A DNA stretch of 64,000 nucleotides from Vicugna vicugna (GCA_013265495.1 MU058065.1:10271720-10335719), one strand, 5' to 3'; positions 40,573-54,799 are shown, counted from the first letter of the stretch. A program made the numbers and translations. The notes: generated from the letters alone by a model not told the origin.

Positions 40573-43004
40573 TCTTCTCACTTGTTGCAAAGTTTGGAAA
40601 ATTAAAACACATGCCTCAGTAAAATGAAAATTTTCTACATACTCACTGTCTTCAAAAGACATTTGTGACTAGATGGAAACAAAACTACAAAACTGTACAA
40701 CACAAAGAATACTATGAAATATGATAGAGGCTTCAGGACAACAAAGACTGATAGTATGATTTGATTTTGCAATAATGTAAAGAATGTCATTGTGATAAAT
40801 CTCTTTGGAGAATAGAGTTTTTCTTACAATGGGCATGTAAACTTTCTGTCTTTGCAATTTTTACTCTATTTTGAAATTATATAATACATAACCAAAACAC
40901 TATATGCTTCCTGAGGAAAAAGACAATAACTTTAAACACACTAAATTATTGCCACACACATTCTAAGCTTTTAAAAAATGATTCAATTAATTAAATCTGT
41001 AAATCTCTCTTCATCTGAAAAGTAGTAATTTTACTTAGCATCATTTTAATGTTAATGTTTGTAGTATTATACTTTGAAAATTAGTAATCTATGTATGATT
41101 TAGATTAGAGCCAGAAAAAATCTGAAGAATGAGAAAACAACAGTTCCCTGCCAAGCTAGGTAACAGAGGACTGATTGTAATTGAGAAGAATAAGTTTATG
41201 GATGAACATAGGTGAAGACAGTTGCATTTGAAATTATGTGCATATGAAAAGATGGAAGGCAGGATATGAATAAACTGGCATCTAAATAACAATATATGTG
41301 TAAAGTGCTTAAAATATTAAGAATTTTAAAAGTTATAAATACACAGTTATCATGGTAAATATTTTAAAAAGTTCTTCTGTACCTAGAATCCTATTCAACA
41401 TATTATATTTGCATTTTCCTGACTCACACTCAAGAATGTCCCCATTTCTCCTCTCAGTTGACCTATTTCCTTCTGCAGTTCTTTATCTGACAAGGACATG
41501 TAATATTTTCCTATAAATAGAAATATGCAAAATTTTCTAGAAATTTTCAAAGTTTTCTTATAAACAAGTTTTCATGCAAACAGAACACACACATACACAC
41601 ACACACACAAAGAGAGATAATAGGCCATGAGTATATTTAAATTATCGCTGGATATCATTTAAAAAATGATTATTCCACTGTATAATATTTTGAAGAATAT
41701 TCCCTAAACATGCTGGTTACATATTCATGGCTACCACTCAATATATGGCCCAAAATATGGGCAAATTATAAATTTCTTTTTCTATATTTTGTGTTTCATT
41801 TATCTGTACTCCAGTGTTCATGTGAATGCATTATTTCCAAATGCAAAATTCTGCCAGATCATGCATCCTTTAGCATAAACTACTCTTAAATTTTTAACAG
41901 TAAGGCTAATAATTCTTCACAAGGGCCACTACATTTGTTTCTGATTAATTTCCTTTTCATATAATGTACTGTTTATATATTTTTAGAAGAATTAATAATA
42001 ATTTCTTTCTGAAGTCTCCTATTTTTTTCCTTGAGACAGACAACATGCATTTCAATTACAGATCTCTCTACCCTGGTCAGTATCATAGTCATATTTTAAA
42101 CAAAAATGCATATACTGATTCTTTTCTTTGAGATTATGACTAAAGTTATTTTACATGTAATTCCACCTGTAGAGGTGGTAAAAATCTTGGCTCTCATTGC
42201 ATTATGAACAAGGTTTAGTTTATGAACAAGAAATCTCTTTATATGAGCTGTTGTTGCCTGGCAACATCTGGAGAAAGCTATCTATGGAGCTAGTAAAAAC
42301 ACCAAGTACAGTATTGTCTGTTAAGGACCATTATACTCCATGTTTTCTGATCAGTTTGCAATATAGTTGGTTTTCACAGCATAATTTTAAAATGTGGGCA
42401 ATAAGATTTTGATTATTAAATTTCAATGATGTTTACTTCTCCAAAGTAAGATAGGGAGACTGTAATCTTCAATTTTATTTAGCTCTCTTCAATTCAGTGA
42501 AATAATGTGAACATTGGTTAAAGCATGTACTCTATGGAAATGCCAATTGCATTGCCATTTGGAAAGCTTAAAAACCTAATACATGTTGTAGACGTTGTCA
42601 CACTAGAAAATAAAATGACACTTGGAAGTATCTTTTCAAAAGCATTTAAATCATTAGGACTAGAGGGTCAGAAAGGATCTTAAGAGATTAATTAACTCAT
42701 CTTTTTGCCACTCTGTATGACTACGTATCTTATTCTATACAGATGAGTACATACTGTGTTCTATACAGATTTCATGAAGAGGATGCATGATATTGCTTTA
42801 TAATCTACTTTAATAATAATTTTAACACAATTTTTTTACTACTAACATCTTGTAATAAATAACTAATCTCAAATTGAGAAATGTAAATCTGTTTTTGTGC
42901 TCACACGTATGTATTACGGATTGTAGGTGACATCCTCCCAGGAAGTATAGGAAGAGTTTCATAGTAAAGAGAGTATTTGAAATGTACCCAGAACGTAGTA
43001 TGGC

Positions 43005-43410
43005 AGAGAGTATTTACCAAGACCTGTTTCTTTTTTTTTCTGGATACACAATTAGGTTACACTGCCGGATGCCATCAAAGTCAAGTGTAACCATGTGAGT
43101 AAGTCGTCGACAATGGAATGAGAGCAAACACAGTATGGACCAAGTCTGGCCCACAAAACTATTCACATTCCATTCTCTCCACTGACTTGATGCAGATGAG
43201 CACAGTAACCTTGGAAATAATGAACTGAAAATGGCAGAACCACATGACTGAAGGAGCCTGGATTCCTGAATTACCCTGTGTAAGAGAGCTGCCTTCCAAG
43301 CGGGGGCACCTATCTGGGGGCTTCCCACAAATAAGAAATAAACTATTGTGCTAATCTACTGACATTTGGAGGTTTATCTTGCACAAAAGTTGCCTTAATG
43401 TAATCTTATT
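43005..43410 (+). mobile_element. MLT1J-like LTR
   Basis: atggcagaaccacatgactgaaggagcctggattcctgaa...aaataaactattgtgctaatctactgacatttggaggttt. Confidence 0.75.
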
Positions 43411-43899
43411 TAGTGCCTGTGGAAAGGATTCGGACAGAAGAAACCCAAGTAGGGAGAGGAGTCAAGACAAAAGACAGGTTCAGCACAGCATGAGAATGGA
43501 GCAGAGCAGGAAAGCAGGAGACGTGTGTAGAGTCTCAGCTGGCCTGACAGTGCTATTAGACAGTTGTAGAGAATAACGGAAGCTATTAATAGTGTGAAGT
43601 ATATTGGTGCCATATTTTGGAAGCCTTCAAGTGCCGAGCAGAGGCCCTTGACGTGATTCGGGAGGTAATAGGGAAATAATAAAGGGTCATCAGCAAAGGA
43701 AAATACACATTTTGAATTTCAGTATAGGACAATTAATCTAGCAGCTATAAATAACATGTTTGGAGGCAGGGAGTAATAAAAATCTTTGCAATAATACTCA
43801 CAGAATAAAACCGTATATTGTGAATATATTGAGAAAAGGAATAATGGTATTGCAGAGGTAGGATTCCCAAATGTGGCAACTGATTATAAATTACAGGGG

Positions 43900-44135
43900 G
43901 AAATAATATTAATAACTGTATAAACTGATAGTTATGTTCTTACTATAAGCTAACCATTTTACTGGGTTATCTCCCTTAAGCTTTACAATAATCCTATATA
44001 ATAAATACTAGTATTGCCCTTATTGTACAGAAAGGATACAATTTAGAGAGGTTTAGCATATAGGCAAGGGTCCTATTAGTTGTAAATGGAACAACCAGGA
44101 TTTGAAACAATCTAATGTTAGACCCTTGGCTCATA
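43900..44135 (-). mobile_element. MIR fragment
   Basis: tttacaataatcctat...tattgcccttattgtacaga...tagagaggtt...ccaggatttgaa. Confidence 0.55.
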
Positions 44136-47100
44136 ATGGGTATAATTTCAAATCCAGATTATGAGAGATATGGAAAGCTATTTACAGATGTGTGAGTGAA
44201 AGAAGTACAAATTCAATTGATGTTTGTTTTGGTAAATTTTTATACTGATATAATTTCAAACTCACAGACAAATTGTAAGAATAGTATAAGGAACTTCAGT
44301 AAACCCTTCACCTAAATTCACTGTTTATACAACACACACATACACTATGCACAGAATGACTTTTTGTCTTTTTTTTTTTCATTTGTTAAAAGTGAAGTGA
44401 CTCCTGCACAATTACACCTGAAGCTAATTGGAGTTTGCAATTTGTGACTGACCTTTTAGAGAGCATTTAGGTCTAGAGATAATGGTATGGAATAAATTAG
44501 TATAGACAGAGATTGGTAAAATTGGTAAAAATCAATCAGATTCCTCAGTGAGAGAAGAGAGAAACAGGACAATTCATTAAAAGTAGGATAATCCTTTGCA
44601 AGAAATGTCCAGAGTGGAAAAATTACAGAGGTATAGTCATAAGGTTAAAAATTTCAGAAAGATCCAGCAATCCAGGGAAAGGTTAGATTTAGTATTCAGA
44701 AGGTTTTCAGTTACCTTCAGTACGTTTTGGGTAGCATACCGGAAAAGAAAATTAAATTACAAAGGCTGAGGAGTATAATTGGTGAAGAAACTAAAAATAA
44801 ATGTAAGAACAATGTTGCTCACGTGTGAACAATTAACATGTTTTATTTTCTCTTCTGTGATTTTGCTACTCATATTCTTTTCTTTCATTTCGAAGTTTCC
44901 AGGTCAAAATTTCTCATAAACATTTTGGAGTGGCTGGGCAGCGAGTTTCGGGTGACACAGTGCACAGAGGTGGCCTTCCCAGTGCTCATTCCTTCAGTCT
45001 GCAAGGGGTGGGCTTGAGGCAAAGGAAAGATTCATCTTTCTGGGAACACACAAAAGTCTCCGGAGGCCCACAAACCCTAGTGAGGGTGGTACAGGTTGGA
45101 GCTGGGCAATTTTTACCAGGAGCACGTTCACCCCTGCCTAATTGAGCAGGATTGTATTTGGCTCAGATAATTTACTATTTAGAAACAAAAATAAAGAGTG
45201 GTACTTTGAATGCGATACATGGGGGTATATATGGAACATATATGTAAACAAATGTGTGGATATATTTCAAGAGTATTTTTATGTATATATGGGTAGATAT
45301 ATATACTTTACCTTGTATTGTGAATCCAGTTTAGGGAAAACTTTTTATTCTCTACTTCTCAAGTCAGTGAATTCTTTTTGTGACTTAGGTGAATAAATTC
45401 AATTTCATTAAAAATATTTTAATTTCAGAAAAAGAGTTCAGTTGTCCTTATTGACAGATTTTATATGCATTGTATTAACCAAGAGTTATTTTATTTCTCT
45501 GTAGATAAAAGCTTAATAATCTGGAGCATCTATTTCTCCTTCTCATATAAATGTCAGAGCAAGAATCTGTGTCACCATCACCATCATCAACATCATATAC
45601 AATTAAACTTAAGATCTTTTCCTTCATCTGGTTGTTTTTCAAACGAATTCTTTATCCACAGTGTTGCCCCCATAATCATTAGAATAAAAATACTCTCTAA
45701 AAGTTTTCTGCTTCAGTTTACTTATTTTGAAGTGGAGATAATATTTGTAGTTAATTCTTAAAATTGTTGTAAGGCTAAACATCTTATTTTGGAACAGTGT
45801 CTTCTTCCATCTCCAACTCATGATAACCTACTCTTTCCCTAAAATGTCTAATTCAGAAGATATTCTATTGAGCAGTATCAAACGCTCAAGAATGATTTAT
45901 CTACACCTATATTGGTAACACCAGTGGTGCCTGTCTTCACATCCCATGAAGGTGAATTCACTTTGCAAAGAGGAACAAATTAAAACTTCCATTTATTTGA
46001 AATAACACACATCATTGTTTCCTTCCCTGTGTATGTTAATCTCTCCCACTCCCAATGATATAAAAACCACACAAGTTATAAAAATTATTTTTCTTATTTT
46101 ATACTTTTTGATGAGTTATAGTAGTGATATTGGAGGGATCTCAGAATACCATTCAGATCACCATGATGGGTCTTGCTGGGACTATACCTACAGAGCAGCA
46201 GCTGACTCTCCTAGGGACCTGAGAGAGGGAGGAGGTGCTTTCCACACATTCAGTGACCAATTCTCCTCCATGACAACTTAAACTGGGGGCTCTTTGATTA
46301 AGGAAGAAAAAATAGGAGTAACGCCAAACACAATGTCTTGAGCATGATGGGTCATTATTTGTTTTAACAGATCAGCGACTGTAATTGTGTTTGTTTTTTT
46401 ACTGTGGTCAGGGAAGGGAATGCTTTCTAAGTAGCTGATCAAGCTTTCTCTCAATTTTGTCTTCCTTCTCTCCCTCCCCCACTTTCTCTCTCACTCCCTT
46501 TCTTTCTTCTTGCTTATTTCTTCCTACTTCTTTTTCTCCTTCTTTTGTGTGAAAGAGGAACCCAAATTTAAGTACTGAAACACTGAGCCTAAGCCACCTC
46601 CATCTTTCACACTGAGACAGGGACAGCTTTTTTTAGACTGCTGATTCTGGTTCTGTATATTAAAGTACTGGTATGACTGTTAAATAGTGAAACCCTGAGA
46701 GATAAACTTCCTTTGGAAAAAAAAAAATCTCTGTATCATTCTCTATATTTAAAATGTATTTAATAAATGTCAAAATTAATGGCAAACTCTTTAATCTACT
46801 GGTTCTTAATTGAAATTTTAATTTCCAATACATTTTAAACCACATTAGTTTGTAAATAAGTTTTACTATTTGATACCACTTGCAAATAAAAAGAATTCTA
46901 CAGATTAAAATATTTTAATATAAAATTGTATTATATAATATGGACAATATTGTATTTGCATATGAATTACAAATACAGGTGAGGTGTTATTGCCTTAATG
47001 CATAATGGTTGGTCTCAGATAATCAAACAATAGTTTGATGAATTTTTTTTACAGGCTTAAACTCCCAAAGTTCAGCATATTTATAGCATTTTTACTGCAA

Positions 47101-50039
47101 AGTGGCAATTTATCCTGATAATAACATGTTAAAATTCTGCTAACATTCCTTTCATGCAGAGATGCTCATTGGGATTAACATATGTCACAATTCAAAAACC
47201 TAAATAGAATTCTGTTTAAACCTACTGGTTCTGAAGGGGAAAGTGTTCAGGTGTTTATCTGTAACACTTCTGGGAGAAGTGCCAAATCCCTAGAATATTA
47301 GAATTCCTGAACCTTTACATTCTCTTCCTACAAATTGTTCCTCTGGAAAATGTACAATAATGTTACAATGTTAGGTAATTATACCATACATGGTCATACC
47401 TGTAATGACTTGCAGATAGATAAGAAAAGTAGATGAGCAGGTGTGTAGTAAGCATTTAAAATAAAGGGTAAACATGGCCTTATTTGCTTTCTCATTAGTA
47501 TGTACATTTCAGGATGATTGTGCTGCCCTTGTGATTGAAATACCTAGATTAATATTAATAATAACAGGAATAATAAAAATATTAAATCTGACTATCTGCC
47601 AGGTGTTTCACATCTATTCCTTGTTTTAATATTCATGCAACTGAAGCAATGTAAGTATTAATAATCTCATTTTTAAAACTGAGAAAACTTATCTTTTGAC
47701 AGGTTAAATGATAAATGCAAGGTAAATAATAAAACAACCTGCATTGTTTATCTTTGTATCCCCAGTATCTGTAGTAAGTTTTACTTTTAGTTAATTTTAA
47801 ATAGACATTTTTAAAAACGGCCCTGAAATGCCTGGGAAGTAAATTAAACCCGTCTGCAGCATGGTATAAATATTATCATCTTGAAGTACAGGGCTTATCC
47901 AGAAGCATGAGGGGACTGAAGTTTCTAATCAGAGTATCATTAAAGTGAATGGCCGTAAGGGATAACCTAATCTGGAATGAACTTCATGACTAGACAAATG
48001 AAGAGAGGTGAAGAAACAGTTGCTTCAATGAGACTGAAGAATGGATATTTTGGAAGGCAGGACATGAAAGATTTGAGGTGCTAGAAAGTTGATTGGCTTT
48101 GTGTGGGAATTATCATGTGTATCTGTGGGTATAAATTCTGTGGGGAGTTTCAAATAGAATTGCACACATTTTCACATTATGTTCTCTTTCTAAGGTATTA
48201 ATTTGCGTATGTTTAAATGAAATGTGAGCTCAGCTAACTCAGGCATTGAGTTCTTTTAATTTTCTCTTATTTTGGCCAATGCCTGCCCAGCGTCTGACAC
48301 TAATTGATGCTTAATGTTGTTTTCCAAAGTATGATTAAAAAACACAAGAAACAGAACAATTTTAATGGTAGTATAAGGCACAGAAAAGACAGAATTTTGT
48401 GTTCACAAAGGAAAGTTACAACCTTTGAGAATCATAGAAGTAGGCATATTTTGCTTGATAATGAGATGTTTGTGAGTGGTTGAAGTGGACGAAATCTTGT
48501 CATTAAATTTTTGTTTCTAAAAGGAGTAGGGGGAGGAATGGTATATACTGAGTATCTATTTTTAGATAGTGCCTTACTTCATTTACTCCTCATATCAACT
48601 GTATAAGCTAAACATTAATAATCGCATTTCACATATATGAAGAAAAGACTAATAGGATTAAACAAGTTTCTAAATATAATTTAGCTAGTTTTTGCTGAAG
48701 ACAGAAAATTTGAAGTAGTTTTTTGTTTTTTTTTTTGTTTTTTTGTTTTTTTTGCTGAACGACAGTGATGAGTGAATGCATTTTTTCTGTCTGTTTTTCT
48801 CTCTCTCAAAACATATCAGATTTTGACTTGGAGCATAAATACTGTTAAGTTCCTCAATTCAAACTTAGGCCTTCAAATGGGCTCCTAAAAATCGTGCTCT
48901 TTTATTTTAATACATAATCAGGAGTTTTCTAGGCCTCATAATAGATTGAGCATTGGTAAATTAGTCTCATAATTACTCAAGGTGGAAAAAAAATCCTTTC
49001 AAACTCATATTACATTAAAATTGACTTGTCACTTCATCTTCTTCCCTTGCACTTGAGTAAAGCCCTAATGAATGCATTTTGGAAATGGATTTCCCTCAAG
49101 AGCTATTCTCACTCATTTGTCACAGAAAAGAAAAAAAAATGGCAGAAAATATCTAACTTAAACATCTGCTTCATGTTGAAGATAGAATTTAATCAGATAC
49201 ATGTTGCTTATTTTTCTTTTCTGCAATTTGATCATATTTCTAAATGGACCTAAAAGAATTAAGGATACTTTCTAACCAGGTAAGACATTTTTCTCTATAT
49301 TTTCTGAGTTGGTTCTAATTTCTAAACCACTGTGTGTGTATGTGCATGTGTGTGCATTTGAACATAAATCTTTCACTACTGGGTTATATTGCAGGTGGCT
49401 TGATTTGCTGATTGTTATGTCTTTGATTCAGTTGGTAATCATTAAAAAGCTCTTAAGTGGTCACCATCAAAAAATAATTATTTCTTGACCTGCAGTTGTT
49501 CTTTTAATCCTTTTGGTCAATGATGGCTCAAGTTTTGGTCTTATCATGCTGTTCCTGGCTCCAACTTGCCCTCAGAGCAGTTTCATTTTTATTTCATGCT
49601 AGCTTGTTTTTCTTCATTCTTCAAATACAGTTTTAAAATGCAATCAAAGAATTTTTCAAGCATCTTGTAACAGCACTTGAGAGACAGGCAAGTTTACCAA
49701 GTTTAATAAACTGTATTCCACGAAGTATTTAGAGAAATAAATCTCTGGGGGTTCCAGATGGTTGATGAACCATTGTGAAGGCATTAGCAACTGTTTTCAT
49801 ACTACATATAACGTGTCCCTGCATTTGTGCTGCATTTGCCAAAAGCAAGAACAGTTGTATGTTCCAGCAAGAAAAATATTCTTAGGAATGTAATCAAAAT
49901 ATGAATTAAGTACTCACACGTAGATTTGTTTTCTTTTCTATGAAGAAAATAACCCACGGACATGTTAGTGTCCTTTAAGGTATTTTTCAACATATGGAAA
50001 ACACAGTTTTCAACATATAGCTCTACCAGCCCAGGACAA

Positions 50040-50800
50040 AATAATTTCTCAGGACCCAGAAAGGTCGTGAGAGTCAGATCTCACAGGGCCTCCCTGCTGT
50101 AAGGGACGGTGGGCCTCCTTGATAACCAGGATTCCCAGGATTTTCTCTTTTAAGGAGCCTCGGCCCAGGGCTGGCAGGACTTAAGATATCTCGCGAGATC
50201 TGGCTGCAGGGGAGGCGGTGCCTTCGTGTCCGGGCGGGCTTGGAATTTGGCGGAGGCGCCGTGGCTTCCAGGACCTCCGCCGGTGGATTGGTCTACACGG
50301 CCCAGACACCAGGACGGGCCAAGGGCACCCTGGATGACGAGAATCGCAAGACACATGGGGCAAGTGCCCGCCAAGCCGGCTCCCGGCCAGACTGTACCTG
50401 TCAGGCCTGGGGGCGCCAGGGCCTGGCTCCACCCACCTGGTCTTCAGCCTGGGGCCAGCCGGACCCCGCTGCTCCCCTGACGAGACCAGGCGGCGGGAAA
50501 ACTCCTGAGAGCCAAGCCCCTTGTGGCCCTGCTGCCAGAGACTCGTGGCCTCTCAGCTGAGGAGTCCTGGCCGTCATGGCTTTCGTGGTGCGGCTGTGTC
50601 TTGTAAGTATGGGTCAGCTGAGACTTGCGCCCGTTTCTGCCTTTCCCTCCGGTCCCTGTGTACCTCACAGCCACCCGTCCCCTTGCTGCCTGCGTAGCAG
50701 TTCCGCCGTTTACCCGGCATTACACACCCGAAGCAGCCAGCTTTGCTCGGCAATCCACCCACTCAGACCGGAACCCAGCTCATGGGCCACCCTCATGGCG
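50040..50800. promoter_or_regulatory. CpG-island-like putative promoter
   Basis: GC-rich with about 40 CpGs by hand count, in an AT-rich CpG-poor window; TCTCGCGAGA 50189-50198, GGGCGGG 50232-50238, reverse CCAAT near 50287. Confidence 0.6.
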
Positions 50801-50809
50801 CTCATAAGT

Positions 50810-53335
50810 GAAAAGGAAACATCATGAATCTTAAAATAATAACACAGCTGAAACAGTAATGACAAAACAAACAGAACAGATTTAGGCATATCGTAGTCAA
50901 AACTGCAAAACCAAAGGAAAAAAGAATCTTGAATGAAACCAGAAGAAAAAAATTTAACCTTAAAGGAACAAGGATGAGAATTACAGTAAACTTCTCATAA
51001 TAAACCATTTAAGAAAAAAAAAAATAGTGGAGTGAAATATTTAAGTATTAAAGAAAAATGAGATCAATCTGGAATCCTACATCCAGTGAAAATATAAGAG
51101 GGTAAAGAGAATGAATACTGTCCCAGACAGACGAAAATCTGAGGGAATTCATTAATAGCAGAATGTCCTGCAAGAAATCTTAGAAGTTTTCAGACAGAAG
51201 AAATATGATCTAGTCAGGAATTGGAATCTATAGAAAAAAGAAACTGTTGGAGAAGAAATAAATGAAGATAAAATAAAATATTTTTTATTCTTAATTGGTC
51301 TAGAAGATAACTGTGATTCTAATTTTGTGGTGTTCTGGAAAAAGGTAAATATAGAGAGGGTAAGTGGATCAGTGGTTGTCAAAGGCTCATGGTAGGGTAA
51401 TGAGTTGAATAGGTGAAACATAGGGATTTTTTTTGGATAGTGGAAATATTCTGTATGATACTATAATGACGAATATTTGACATTATGTACTTGTCAAAAT
51501 CCATAGAAATTCACAACAAGAAAAGTGATCTGTATTCTGTGCAAATTTAAAAAATAATTTTAGGAGGCTAGGATTCTCAGGATGAATAGAGAATGTAGGA
51601 AAAGAAATTAACTGTATTACAAATGTATGAAACAGTTGCACTGAAAGCATGGGAGAAGATAGGGTGGACCTAGTAATTTGGGACCTAAGTGGAATCTATA
51701 CAACTAAAGCATAACAACTGTACATAAGCTCTGTACTTTAGTTGGTAGAGTTATTTTTCATGGGATATGGATTATTTCTGATACTGCTATACATACATAC
51801 TAGAACTGAACAATTGAGTACATGGATGGCAGATGGAGGGAGCCAGGTTTCTCATTGGAATGGGAGTTTACAGAGAAGCAAGGAAAGGAAGTTAGAATAA
51901 TCTATCTGGTAATGGATTAGAATTGGAGATACCAGTTTGAACTCATGTTTAAGGTAAGATAGGGACAGATTATTACATATAAAAATAACTATAGATATGT
52001 TTATATACATGGGTTATTATTTGCCCATGTAATTCCTCGTTTTTGCCATAAGAGGGCCTGCAAGCAACTCCCAGATACTGGTTTCTTATACTAGTCTTCA
52101 GTAAAAACAACCAGGCTTTTTGAGAAATGGCAAGTTCTAGGAAGGGGCCAAAAATACATACAATAAGCCAGAGCACCTTAGTGAGAACTTGTAAGGAAGT
52201 GCTCAGAAAATAATAACACAATGATGGGAGTATGTCAAAGGGACGCAGGAGCCAACTGAAAGAGCTCCCAATGATAGACCAATTTGAGCAATAAAATAAA
52301 TAAAATAGTATTTAATTATAAACTAGGATATAAAATAAATATCTGTAAATAACTGTAAACTAGGGTATGAAATAAATAAGTGATTAAATAAACAAACGAG
52401 AATAGAATAATAGAAAATCTACCTTGCCAAAGAATTCCAAATAATTTATGTAGATTTCTCTTTAAGCCTGGGCAGTGCCTAGTGACTTCCTTCCAAATAG
52501 TATCTATAAAGAGAAGAGTATACTTGCCCAGTATACCTTAAATCTGTCATCCAAACATGGAAAGTGTATGAAACTCCCAAGATCCAAGAGAATATATGAA
52601 AACTAAATGTAATGTGGTGTCCTGAGTGGGGATCTGGGATCATAGAACCTTACGTAAAAACTAAGGAAATCTGGGTAACATGTGGACTTCGGTTAGTAAG
52701 TGTAATGGTTAATTTTATGTGTTTATTTGTAAAGGCCATCGGGTGCCCATTTGGTCAAGCATTATTCTGAGTGTGTCCACTAGGTGGTTTCTGGATGATA
52801 TTAACCTTGAATCTGCAGACTGAATAAAACAGATTGTCCTCGTTAAAGTGGATGGGCTTTAACCAATCAGTTGAAAACCTGACTAGAACAAAGAGGCTGA
52901 GTAAGAGGGAACTCCTCATGTTTGAGCTATGACCTTGATCTTTTCCAGCCTTTGGACTCAGGCTGAAATATCTATTGGTTTTGGGCCTGGGACCTGCTGA
53001 ATTTGGGACTAGAAATTATACCATTGTCTCTCCTGGTTCTCAGGCCTTCAGACATGGACTGGAACTACACATCTGCTCACTTGGGTCTCCAGGCTTGCCT
53101 ACTGCAGATCTTGGGACTTCTCGGCCTCCATATTTGCGTGAGTTGTTTCCTTATAATACATCTCTTTATATTTTCTCTGAAGAACCCTAACTAACGCAAT
53201 AGGTATACATCAATATTGGTTTATTAGTGGTAGTAAATGTAAGATACAGTACTTAAATCTAGGTATCAGTCTCCGTACTCTTTGCAATAATTTCTGTAAG
53301 TCTAAAACTATTTTAAAATAAAAATTTAATTTAAT
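50810..53335 (+). mobile_element. Old L1MC/L1MD: ORF1-region remnant joined to 3'UTR, interrupted by MLT2
   Basis: taggcatatcgtagtcaaaactg...agaattacagtaaacttctcat...agaatgtcctgcaagaaat; 3'UTR from ~51315 resembles 36230-38060. Confidence 0.8.
52701..53198 (+). mobile_element. MLT2 (ERVL) solo LTR nested in an L1 3'UTR
   Basis: tgtaatggttaattttatgtg ... tctctgaagaaccctaactaacgca; degenerate 5-bp flanks gtaag / atagg. Confidence 0.85.
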
Positions 53336-54799
53336 TTAAGAAAGAAGTTGAAATCAGATTTTGAGCCTGAGTAAATGAATGTGACATTCCTAGAATTTTA
53401 AGGTTTGACATTAAAAAAAATTATAGTATATAAATATATATTTCTATATAGTCTATATAATTTAATTATATATTGAATATTCTGTATACTTATATTTGCT
53501 TCATTTTTGAGAATTCTGTAAATTGGTGCTTTATTAAATTGGTTATTTCAATTCAACACACCACCAAGTAAATATTTTCTTTTGCCTTCATAAAGATATT
53601 TCTAATTTTCTGTTTTAATATTCAGTTTTATCTAATGAGTAATTTAAAAATCTTCCTCAAATTATTTTTATGTGGTTAGTATACCAAACATAAATTGATA
53701 ATATTTACTAGGAAAGGAAATTGGGTTCAGGTATCAATTTTCATATATCTGAATGTCATGCGGCATTAATCCTTCCTATTGACATCGGTTTTACTTCTGT
53801 GACATTTTTGTATAAGAGGTGATTTTAGGTTGTAAGTTTGTTTATGGACTGAGACTGGTAGGGTTTAGAGTATTCTTTTTGTTTGTTTTTGTGTTACTTT
53901 GGACAACTTATCACAAACAAAATTATTTAAGTACTCATCCATAATTGCTTGCTCTAGACTTGTGTACATAAGGAATTTAAGTACTTAAAAATAAAATGGA
54001 TTTAAAAGAAGACTCTGCTCATCCTGCTTAATTAAGTGATGTGATTTTACCCTTGTGTGAGATAGACCTGTGAGGTAATCAAGCTTGGGAAACAATTTGA
54101 AGTACTTTGACTCCAGACCCTAAAATCATGATGACACTGACAATCCAGGCCATACAGAACCGCCCTTATTGAGTGAGTTCCACTTGGATAAGGTTCTCTC
54201 AGTAGCTGTAACCTGTATCTGAATCCCCAGTTTGTCTGCTTTACTCGGTAGTTGCTTCAATACACATGGTAAAGCTTCTTTCACTCGGCTCTAAGGGCCG
54301 GTGAGTCATTACTACGTCACTACTCCTGCAGCCAAGATAGGAAGAGAAGTAGTCTCCCTTTATGCAGTTGTTATGCAACCAATTTGGAATAAGTTGCTAA
54401 GGGACTGGGTGTAAAGACATGAAACTGACACAACCTCACTGTGTGCTCTGCGTCACTAGGTATCATTGTCTAGAAACTTCATCATTCCCACCTCAAGATA
54501 AGTTCCTTATCACTTTGGAATATTTCTATGCATAGAAAAGTACACGGTTTAAACTTTTTTACCTTGTGTTTTTTGGGTTTTTTTTGGTATCTTTGACTCT
54601 AAGATGAACAGGAAAATATGATTTCTTCCTTTTGCTTAAAACTTCCTGCCATGAACCAACAAAGAATATGAATAAAATAACTCATTTATATTTCCCATTA
54701 TTCTTTGATATGGGCATCAAAAAACTTTCTTTAGTCTCTTTTGTTTAAATATGTCATAGCAACAAGAAGGAAGTAGCCTAGATACACTAATCACCATTC

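Noticed and set aside
50150..50827. Eight overlapping ORFs on both strands
   Set aside because: Expected in GC-rich sequence with few stop codons; no recognisable domain
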